Below, piece after piece: positions 33,612-42,734 of a DNA stretch of 64,000 nucleotides (positions are counted from its first letter, which is position 1; every line of letters starts with the position of its first letter). Location: assembly GCA_937625935.1 (NCBI GenBank), contig OW569347.1, positions 622,642-686,641 on the forward strand. Reading direction: 5' to 3'. This DNA is from Tetramitus jugosus (taxonomy: Eukaryota > Protista > Heterolobosea). The notes under the pieces were generated by a model. The model searched no databases. It saw nothing but the letters and a program-made list of their open reading frames with translations, and was not told where the DNA came from. A program made the translations under genes and the position numbers.

Positions 33612-33932
33612 GATTCTTCTTAGTTAAGGGAGATTGTTGTTATCGTAGAGCTTTTCTTGCTTTGTTTGTTAGTGCTACCACTTGATCTTTGGTTTGGTTG
33701 TTATTAGATCGTAGGTGACATCATTGCCACTTAGGCAACCATTTTAAACCCTCGTCTGTTCCATCTGCCAACCAGTCGTACAACATAAAAACTTCTCTCG
33801 AACTGATGGGAACAAACTTATCATTTCGTTCGGATCTTCATTTTCTCGAATCAGAATCGATGTACAAATTTCCAATCAACAAAAAGTCAAACTCCGTTTC
33901 GGAACGAATTTCACCGACCCCAACAACAAATA

Positions 33933-35253
33933 ATGACCATTGTCACACCACCGAGAGATGCAGGAGCACTGGGAGGAAAGATGGCATGGCGTGTTGTCTT
34001 ATCTGACACCAAAAGCTTTCAAAATCAATACATGGTCATGCAACGATTGCGGCCCACAAGTTTATTGAGCAAGATGAAGCGTTCCAACAAGACATACCGT
34101 ATTTTGCTTCTTAAGACAGGAGCCTTCCAAATAGATGCATCATCAAGTGCAAACTCGCTCATTGGCAAGGTGTGTTATTAGTTCGTTCTTTTGTTGTTCA
34201 TGGTGTTCAATCGGAAAAATTAATGTTTTGGCCGCCAAATACAATTGACTACAGAAATGGATTGTGGCTGAAGGAGATGATTGGAAATTGATGGTAATGT
34301 CATGGTACAAGATTGAGCATTACTTGATACCGATGCTACAGATACCCACTCGTACCTACAACATCTCACAAGTGCTCGACTTGCTCTCCTCGCTTGAACA
34401 CAAGCACATTCAAGTGTCCTCAACCAACACGAACAATGGTGCTTCATCCTCCAGTAATACTGGAAATAGCAAATCCTTGTTTGAGCATGTAGAGGAATCA
34501 TTTGAATCCAAGGCCTCTTCTTCTTCTTCGTCCACAACGACGACGACCAGTATCGTCGACGATAAAATTTATGGATTGGACGATGCAAGGGATCACATGG
34601 AACAATTTCAGCAGTTGCTTGGTACGGTGAGATCCTTGGTAAAGAATGCAGACAATGAAAAGCAAAAACAGAGAGTCATGAATCAATTGAGTCATCCGAA
34701 TGGCCTGAGTCAATTGAGTGAACTCAAGCTTCTCTCGACAAAGTTGGACAAGTATCTGAAGGCTGCACCAAAGAAGGACGTTGTGCACCAGAAGCTAACA
34801 GCGCAGTACAGAGAATTGAACGCCTTGTATGAGCAAGATGTTGTCAAGAATGAGCTCGTCAAGAGAGCTTCATCAACAAGTGAAGGATCCAAAACGAGAA
34901 ACGTACCAACAACGACAACGAGAGGAGAGAGAGCGTTTGTCTCTGGCAGTCAAGTACAAGTACAACAGGAACAAACACAAGAACCTGAAGTACTGCTGAC
35001 TACTTCACAGAGCTCAACCATTCAAGTGGAAAAGGCAATTGCAAAGGAGAAACAAAAGGAATTGAAGGCAATCGAGCACGATTTGCGAGAGGTGCACGAG
35101 ATTTTTAGAGATCTGAATGACTTGCTGATCGAACAGGACGCAAATATTGACAAGATTTATCACAATGTTGAGAAGACAACTGATGATATTGCAATTGGTG
35201 TGGACGATCTCAAGAAAGCAAAAAAGTTGCAAAACTTCAGGAACATATTGTAA
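33933..35253 (+). CDS. Syntaxin-like Qa-SNARE lacking a C-terminal TM anchor, 2 exons, ~411 aa
   Basis: Exons 33933-34169 and 34255-35253 (intron GTGTGT...CAG, in frame). Habc-like helices; SNARE motif IEHDLREVHEIFRDLNDLLIEQDANIDKIYHNVE resembles the syntaxin-7/Pep12 class. Confidence 0.8.
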
Positions 35254-35305
35254 TGAATATATTGTAAATAAACTTAACTTAAGTGCGCAGAGAATAGGGG
35301 TGATC

Positions 35306-37306
35306 TTACGTATCGGCACAGACATAGTTACGCAGCGCCTGAAACACTGATAATGCCACTTCCTCACGAATTACCTTAAATTTGGTAATCGGTTGATCGA
35401 ATACTGATTTCTTCAAATTCTTCAGATCTTCAGTGTTCAATCGTCCAGCATTTGTTGCCAAGTTCTGATTCTCAGATATTGCAGTAAACACACCAATAAA
35501 TGGATCCACAATCTTACGAATGTCTCCCACAGAAGACGCCTCCTCATCTGGACTCATACAAATGATGGATGACACCAAATCCGTAAATCCATAAAAATTA
35601 AGCAGTGCTTCCGTTCCGTTCAACAATCTCCTCTTCAAATTCTGTTTCAAACTTGCATCTGGAACCAATTCCTGCTCCAAATAGTCAAACAACAGTTTCA
35701 AAATCTCTAATCGTACTTCATAATTTGGTGTTTTTTGGTTCTGGTTCTGATTGTTGTCGTTATTGGTATTGCTAGTATAATTATTATTTGGCAATATCAC
35801 CAACACTCCCATGTCTTCATTGATCACACTCTCCTCAAAATAAAATTTTTTGACCAGTGATTCGTGACCATTGAACACACGATCAAAACAAAAAATTTCA
35901 CCCTCATCCGTACTCAACGGAACAAAGCACAATTGATAAATGTCCTTGTATCGTTCATTCTGAGCTCGAAGTAAACTATTCTTGCACTGTTCAAACATTT
36001 CAAACACTGTATCCGTGTAGGTAGAGCTCGCAGCACTATTCTTCATCCATCGTTCAAACGAATTCCAATTGAATGACGTTCTAGGCACACTGCTACTGTC
36101 TGATGCCACAATTTGTGCTCTTCTTCTATTCATGTTCGTATTATTGTTATTCATAGCTACTACTGCTGCTGCTGCTACAGGAGATGATTTCGTATTGGAT
36201 GTTATTGTTGTTGTAGGAGTTATTGACCGATGAGATACTGGTGATGATGATGATGACACAGGAGGTGAAGGAGGTGCAGTACTACTCTGTCTCGTGGATG
36301 ACTTTAATATAGATACGAGAGGTTTCACTGGTGTTGTTGTTGTTATTGGTGTTGTGAAATCCTTTGGAATCACATGAGAAGGCTGAGTAATGGGTGAAGA
36401 AGATGATAATGGTGATGAGGAGGATAAAGATGGTGGTGCATGAGAGGACCGAGATGGTGGAGGTGGTGGATAAGATGGTATAGATGATGATAATGATGTA
36501 GGTGACGGTATTGGGGATGATGATGATGATGGAGAGTGATTGTATTGAATAATGGATGATGAATAATGGTGATTCGACCGGTGAACATTCAGAGAAGAAG
36601 GTGTGATGGGTGATGGAGGTAGAGATGATGATGATGGTGGTGGAGGTGGTGATGGACTTGTCCTCATTCTCTTATTACTGTTGTTGTTATCGATGATATT
36701 GTTGTTATTGTGGATGGATGATGAAGATGATCGTGGTGGAGGTGCACTATCAAACTGGTAAATGTCATGAGTCTTGCTTGAACTTTTCAGGTACATGCCA
36801 TTTCTCTGATGATCACCACCACTACCATTACTACTCTTTTCATTTCCAAAATAAATGATACCATCATCATTATTACTATGATGAGATGATGAAGCTGATG
36901 ATGATGATGATGATTCATAGACATCTCTCGACCGTTTTCCACTATTATAATGATCATCACTTGTACTACTATTAGTGGTAGTGGTAGTGGAATAAGATAG
37001 AGCCGAGTGGTGAAGCCTAGGTAATGCTCTCGCTTCCACCAACAATGGATCACTGTCATCAATTTTGAGAACAATGTGACAGAGACCAGAGTTGGGCACG
37101 GGACATACGCGAACACGTGGAAATTTTGCCAAAATGGTTTTGATCTGACTCGTCATGAAACCGTTTCGGTTCAATGTACTGCTTAGCTCTCCCAGTTCCC
37201 ATTGTGTGGTGCGTGGACCTTGTGTGAGCATGACTACTTTTAGTTCTTCATATGTGAGAAGCTTTCGGTTGGATTGTAATTGTTGTCGTGCTCGTTTACT
37301 CAGCAT
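35306..37306 (-). CDS. Hypothetical protein: small N-terminal globular domain, long S/P-rich disordered middle, helical C-terminal domain
   Basis: Long ORF; first ATG at 37306 (MLSKRARQQ) follows an AC-rich leader like other genes here. Confidence 0.7.
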   Translation of the reverse strand: MLSKRARQQLQSNRKLLTYEELKVVMLTQGPRTTQWELGELSSTLNRNGFMTSQIKTILAKFPRVRVCPVPNSGLCHIVLKIDDSDPLLVEARALPRLHHSALSYSTTTTTNSSTSDDHYNSGKRSRDVYESSSSSSASSSHHSNNDDGIIYFGNEKSSNGSGGDHQRNGMYLKSSSKTHDIYQFDSAPPPRSSSSSIHNNNNIIDNNNSNKRMRTSPSPPPPPSSSSLPPSPITPSSLNVHRSNHHYSSSIIQYNHSPSSSSSPIPSPTSLSSSIPSYPPPPPSRSSHAPPSLSSSSPLSSSSPITQPSHVIPKDFTTPITTTTPVKPLVSILKSSTRQSSTAPPSPPVSSSSSPVSHRSITPTTTITSNTKSSPVAAAAVVAMNNNNTNMNRRRAQIVASDSSSVPRTSFNWNSFERWMKNSAASSTYTDTVFEMFEQCKNSLLRAQNERYKDIYQLCFVPLSTDEGEIFCFDRVFNGHESLVKKFYFEESVINEDMGVLVILPNNNYTSNTNNDNNQNQNQKTPNYEVRLEILKLLFDYLEQELVPDASLKQNLKRRLLNGTEALLNFYGFTDLVSSIICMSPDEEASSVGDIRKIVDPFIGVFTAISENQNLATNAGRLNTEDLKNLKKSVFDQPITKFKVIREEVALSVFQALRNYVCADT

Positions 37307-37393
37307 GTCGTTGTTATTGTTGTGTGAGTGAAGTTGTTGTTTTGGATGTGTATTTTTGTGTATTGTGCTGGTCACGACACGCAAGGAAAATTT

Positions 37394-37403
37394 TTGGCGC
37401 CAA
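37394..37403. promoter_or_regulatory. Palindromic TTGGCGCCAA element centred in a ~200 bp divergent promoter
   Basis: Lies about midway between the ATGs at 37306(-) and 37509(+). Confidence 0.45.
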
Positions 37404-37508
37404 ATCTCGCGCTCACCACGAAAAACGAAATCAAAATCACACAAGCATCAAACCAAAACACAATCACAACAACGAATCAAAGAGACCCCAATACAATCCT
37501 TAATAACA

Positions 37509-38725
37509 ATGAGCATGACTAACAACAACAATAATAATAACGACGACTGGCAAACTGCAAAAAAGAAGCGTAATTTTTCCAATCAAAAATCAAATCAAGA
37601 ACAAGTATCCACTACCACTACTACCACCAGCAACAATATGACAAATACAACTGACAATGTCGCACAAAATGATAATACCACATCCACATTAATCACTCAC
37701 AATAGTCAACAACAACATTCTCATCATCAACATCAGCACCATCATCATCATCATCATCGCCCAACAGAGCTCTGTACACCATTTAGTTTCTGGTTCTATA
37801 GAAAAGAAAAGGGCATTACTGACTATGAGAAGAATATGCGAAAAATTGGTGATTTTCACACTGTATGTTGTTTTTTTTTGTGTCTCTTTTTTTTTTCTTA
37901 CTATTTGAAAAACAGCGCATTCTCACTCACTGATATCAATACAAATTATAGGTGGAAGGATTCTGGGGATTCTACACTCATTTAATCAGACCTGATGAAA
38001 TGCCTGTTCCGAGTGATTATCACCTGTTTAGACAGAATATTAGACCAGTGTGGGAAGATCCAGAGAATCAATTGGGCGGTAAATGGTTGATACGAACAAA
38101 GAAGGCATTTACTCCTCGATTGTGGGAGGATTTGGTGTTGGCATTTGTTGGAGGACAATTCTCCGATGAGGTCACTGGTCTCGTGTTGTCCATTCGAGAG
38201 TATGACGCATTGAGTGTGTGGACAAGGAACAGTAAGGACGATCGATTGAAACAAGTGGTGAGAAATGTGATGAAACGTGTGTTGGATCTACCACCGGGCA
38301 CAAAAATGGAATTTAAGGCTCACAATGCCGCTCTCGCACCAGCAGTGCCACCACCATCGACGACAACAGGAGGTGGTAGTTATAGAAATCCTGATGTGTA
38401 CATTGTGCCCTATGCAAATCCTGCTGCTTTGACCACAACATCAACAACTACAACGGCGTCTTCATCCAATTATATGAGCAGTAACAATGTGTTTGCAACT
38501 GCTGCGTTGAGTACCAACAATGGTGGTGGATCAATCAGTGGTGATGCTCGCAGTACGCACACTGCACAAACAGGGGCAGATTTTCCATTTGTGTCTGCTT
38601 CTTATTCGTCTGGAGTCATGATGATGGACTCGAATAATCTGTTTGGTTCCTCTCATTCGTTCGCCAGTCATGGCAATGGACCGTTTGGCTCTGCTCAACA
38701 AGATGGTCAAAACACGCGACTATAA
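37509..38725 (+). CDS. eIF4E family cap-binding protein, class II (4EHP/eIF4E2-like), 2 exons, ~375 aa
   Basis: Exons 37509-37862 and 37952-38725 (intron GTATGT..TAG). FSFWFY...DYEKNM shows the W43/W56-equivalent positions as F/Y (class II signature); TVEGFW, RPVWED..N..GGKW, WEDLVLAFVG. Confidence 0.88.
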
Positions 38726-38774
38726 AAACAAACAAATTTACTGTGCATTCTTTAGTAGGTTATTCATCTTATGA

Positions 38775-39881
38775 TTATTGATACATTGGCCGATTCACGT
38801 GTTGTTCCACAACTGGGGTCTGGGACATGGGCATGAAGACTGGTGGAGCAGGAGGTGGAGGTGCATGAATTAGTACTTCCTTTGGTGGTTCGGGCCAGAC
38901 TTGTCCTGATTGATCTGTCGTGCATTCAAGTACCAAACCAAAGTGGTCGCTTGCAGTCAGGATAAGTGCCTTTTTGTCCGGTAACTCTGGGTCATTCTCA
39001 TCAGAAAATAACCTTTCTTGAGCGAACAGTTGAATACTTGTGAGCCCTAGTACATTATCTTGTTTCTTCATTCGTATGATCCGATCATACCTCGACTTCC
39101 AAGCTGTTCCTCCACCAGTTAATTGAATAGTACCATTTAATTCTCCATCAAACGTGTATCCTTTGTCTGACTCTCCATTCATATGTTTCCACAAATCGAT
39201 GGCATCACTCCTGATGAACGATTCTTCGAATGCCTGATGTATATTCAAATCTCCAATGAGAAACAGTTCATTGCAACCATAAGTAACTGGCAGCGAATCC
39301 AACAGTGCAAATGATTCTTCAAACTGCGTTCGTCTCGCGTCACTCATTGAATTAAACGCCTTGAAATGAGCGCCAACAATCCCTAACCTCATATCCGAAG
39401 CCGGCACATGAATAACCAATACAATACCAGGTCGAAATGTCAATTCAGGGTGTGACCAATTCAAATAAAAAGCGACCTCTGGTTTATGTTTGCATAGCAT
39501 AATGTTGCTAAAGAACTCTTCATTCTGACAAATGGCATCATCCATGAACATAAAATAGTTGTCCTTAATCCACTGATCATTCATTAACTGAGCAAACAAT
39601 CGCTGAGTGACTTCATTCAAGCACAACACATCTGCATCCAATCTCTTAAAGATTTCCATCTGTTTCCTGTATCGTACTTGGGAATAGGATCTCGTTTTCT
39701 GGTTGCCAATGTCGAAAAGAGCATTGAAGGTGGCAATTTTGAAGGTACTCTTTGACAGTTGCACCGTATCATATGGACATGAGACGGGCAATATTGTAGA
39801 ACAAAGTCTGTTTGATTCAACACCTGACGACATGGGATAATGACTGTTCTCTGGTTGTTGTTGTGTGCCAGCAAGGAACAT
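38775..39881 (-). CDS. EEP-family phosphodiesterase, TDP2-like
   Basis: ATFNAL, DVLCLNEVT, AHF, IGDLN, YTFDGELN, RYDRI, SDHFGL. Confidence 0.85.
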   Translation of the reverse strand: MFLAGTQQQPENSHYPMSSGVESNRLCSTILPVSCPYDTVQLSKSTFKIATFNALFDIGNQKTRSYSQVRYRKQMEIFKRLDADVLCLNEVTQRLFAQLMNDQWIKDNYFMFMDDAICQNEEFFSNIMLCKHKPEVAFYLNWSHPELTFRPGIVLVIHVPASDMRLGIVGAHFKAFNSMSDARRTQFEESFALLDSLPVTYGCNELFLIGDLNIHQAFEESFIRSDAIDLWKHMNGESDKGYTFDGELNGTIQLTGGGTAWKSRYDRIIRMKKQDNVLGLTSIQLFAQERLFSDENDPELPDKKALILTASDHFGLVLECTTDQSGQVWPEPPKEVLIHAPPPPAPPVFMPMSQTPVVEQHVNRPMYQ

Positions 39882-40070
39882 GAAAAAAGTTCTGAAAGCT
39901 CAATATCATGAAGGAATACACCGCTGCCTCTTCAATGTATACCCGGGAATTCTCATAGGATAGCTATCTGCTGGAAGGAATTCACACACGTGAGATGAAT
40001 TGATGCCACCTTCTGCTTCCAACGTGTGAGAAACACACCAAAGAAAAAAAACGATCATCGAAGCAGAATA

Positions 40071-41120
40071 ATGAAAGGAACGACGTCAATCCTCCTTGTC
40101 TGTTGTGCCACTCTCGCGGCTGTGCTGTTCCTGTTGAACTTTGTGGTTGCCAATCATCCACAACAAGAACAAAAAAGAAACAACAAAATGGGTGACGAAG
40201 AATGGCCAAAGTACTATGAGACAGAAACGGGCAAGTTCTTGACATTGGATCAAGTGATGAACAAGTGGATGTTATTACATCCAATCATCTTTGTTGGAGA
40301 GTATCACGATCACATCTGGGGTCACAAGATTGAATATCATTTGCTACAGCAGCTCTATGCTAATTTGACACGTGTTTCCACACAACAAAAGCTGCATTTT
40401 GCAGTTTCACTTGAAATGTTTGAGAGAGATACTCAAGCTTGGGTCTCTGGTTATTTGAATGCACAAATGTCCGAGTCGTGCTTCTTGGACAATAGCAGAC
40501 CATGGCCCAATTACAATACAGATTACAAGCCGCTGGTTGAGTTTGTGAAGCAACAGCAACCGACCTCTCTATCCAAGGACAAACTGAAGGTTCAAAGACC
40601 TGTGAGCTCCACCGTATTGGCATCTAATATCCCTAGACGATATGCTGCTTTTGTCGCATCGGGCAAAGATGAGGAAATTTTCGCAATGCCGGACGTAGAG
40701 AGGAGCTACATGGCGCCTGAAATTTTGGCGCCACACGACCAGTACTACAAGAATTTTTATGACTTGATGAAGCCATCAGGATGGGATGACGCCAAGATTG
40801 AGAGATACTATAGAGCTCAATGCATCAAGGATGACACAATGGCCATGTCCATTGCTCAATTCTTCAACCAAACATTCCCTCCTTCACAATCGTCTGACGA
40901 GAATGATGCTGATGTAGACACGAGAGTCATTTCTTACTCTGGTTCTTTCCATGTGGACTATCACTTGGGTTTGGTGAGCAAGGTGAGAAACTTGTTGCCA
41001 ACAATCAAGACAATGCTGATGTCCATGGTGCCTGTCGATCCTTCAGAACCCATCAAGCCAGAACAGTACAAGACGTTGGCTGACATTGTCGTCTTTGCAC
41101 CTCAAAATCCTCAACAATAA
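40071..41120 (+). CDS. ChaN-like (EreA/ChaN fold, putative haem-binding) secreted or membrane-anchored protein
   Basis: Hydrophobic N-terminus; IIFVGEYHD, SLEMFERDTQ, WPNYNTDYKPLVEF, ASNIPR, YRAQCIKDDTMAMSI, GSFHVDYHLG. Confidence 0.85.
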   Translation: MKGTTSILLVCCATLAAVLFLLNFVVANHPQQEQKRNNKMGDEEWPKYYETETGKFLTLDQVMNKWMLLHPIIFVGEYHDHIWGHKIEYHLLQQLYANLTRVSTQQKLHFAVSLEMFERDTQAWVSGYLNAQMSESCFLDNSRPWPNYNTDYKPLVEFVKQQQPTSLSKDKLKVQRPVSSTVLASNIPRRYAAFVASGKDEEIFAMPDVERSYMAPEILAPHDQYYKNFYDLMKPSGWDDAKIERYYRAQCIKDDTMAMSIAQFFNQTFPPSQSSDENDADVDTRVISYSGSFHVDYHLGLVSKVRNLLPTIKTMLMSMVPVDPSEPIKPEQYKTLADIVVFAPQNPQQ

Positions 41121-41393
41121 ATAATGGTTCTCCACTAGCATACAAAAAAGGAATATGAACTCTGTCAATACCCAATAACTGCAATGAAGCTCGCTATCCG
41201 TGATCTATACACCTTCCTAGAGGTAGTCAACGTCTGTAACCAAGCTAAAAGAGGTAACAATTCACAACTGCGTCAAAGGACGACGAATGTGAGCACATCC
41301 AACGTTGCTGCTGAGAAGATGGAAACATCACAAAACTTGTTTAAAAAGTAGCTTTCGACTTTTATTATCCTATTGCATTAGGAGTAACTTAAT

Positions 41394-41672
41394 TTACTCG
41401 TGCATCAATGGAAGACCACCCAAGAATTCCAAAACGTGGTCATACTCATCAATGGAGCCTTCTTCTTGCAACTTCTTTGCCTTCAAAGCCAAATCGATCC
41501 AGCACAACAAGTTGAGCAATGGGATGAAAGCAAAGACGGTGTAACCCAACCATGCGTTTTCCATCTTCATCAAAATCTTGGAGTTGATGAAAGCACCGAT
41601 TGGTCCGAAGAAACCGAGGATAAGGACGAGGACCCAGTTAACATTAACTTCAGATTGGTTCAATTTGGCCAT
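41394..41672 (-). CDS. 92-aa two-TM small membrane protein, copy A
   Basis: Protein identical to 42153-42431; strongly biased codons; two hydrophobic segments. Confidence 0.85.
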   Translation of the reverse strand: MAKLNQSEVNVNWVLVLILGFFGPIGAFINSKILMKMENAWLGYTVFAFIPLLNLLCWIDLALKAKKLQEEGSIDEYDHVLEFLGGLPLMHE

Positions 41673-42152
41673 TGTGTGTATGTAGTGTTGTAGTGTAGTG
41701 TACTTGTTGTTGTTTGTGAAAAAAAGGAGAAGTGCAAAAAGAAAAAGTCAGTTAAAAGGGAAGAAGAATCGGTTACGAGGCGGGCATCAACGTCGAATTC
41801 GAATCGAATTTTGTTCGACATCTGAAAGAATTTTCGGTTGACCGTTGAACTCGGTATAATGTTCCTACTACAACGGCCATTTTATGATTTTCTCCAGTCG
41901 TGGAAAAGAGTGGAATCAAAGACGCAAGTTCGATTCTGTGCTGTCGAATATTGATGGCGGTTTTTCTTTTGAAATGAATGATTTCTCCTGTTGAGAACTC
42001 ACCCAAGGGTGCCCAACAGAACTTGAGATTGTAAAATATTCCCTTACAACGACTATTGCGCCAACCACAGTTAAATTGACAGAACGTCCTCCATTTTTCT
42101 GATTTCCCACACAAAAACAAACGAAACAAGCAAGTATCTCACATAATAGAAA

Positions 42153-42431
42153 ATGGCCAAATTGAACCAATCTGAAGTTAATGTTAACTGGGTCCTCGTC
42201 CTTATCCTCGGTTTCTTCGGACCAATCGGTGCTTTCATCAACTCCAAGATTTTGATGAAGATGGAAAACGCATGGTTGGGTTACACCGTCTTTGCTTTCA
42301 TCCCATTGCTCAACTTGTTGTGCTGGATCGATTTGGCTTTGAAGGCAAAGAAGTTGCAAGAAGAAGGCTCCATTGACGAGTATGACCACGTCTTGGAATT
42401 CTTGGGTGGATTGCCATTGATGCACGAATAA
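42153..42431 (+). CDS. 92-aa two-TM small membrane protein, copy B
   Basis: Inverted duplicate of 41394-41672; all 6 nucleotide differences are synonymous, which supports coding function. Confidence 0.85.
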   Translation: MAKLNQSEVNVNWVLVLILGFFGPIGAFINSKILMKMENAWLGYTVFAFIPLLNLLCWIDLALKAKKLQEEGSIDEYDHVLEFLGGLPLMHE

Positions 42432-42618
42432 ATGCTTTCCAAAGCAGCCAAGTAGATTGAATGAAACTATTTGATTCATTTCAGAATACTACTAATAAAA
42501 ATCATTCAATTGAAACATACCTTTGAACTTCTTCTGCTGCACACAAACAATAATCACCAAGCATCGACGGTTGATGCTTGAAAATGATAACCACATCAGC
42601 CGTCACAATGGACATACT

Positions 42619-42628
42619 TTGGCGCCAA
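42619..42628. promoter_or_regulatory. Palindromic TTGGCGCCAA element upstream of the NEK gene
   Basis: About 110 bp upstream of ATG 42735. Confidence 0.4.
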
Positions 42629-42734
42629 GCCGGAAAAATTCAACTACGAAACGGCATGTGCATCCCGACCACGCTGCGAAATTTGAATTTTTCAATCAGT
42701 AGTAGTTGATTCACTTATTCTGTTCTCTTGGACC

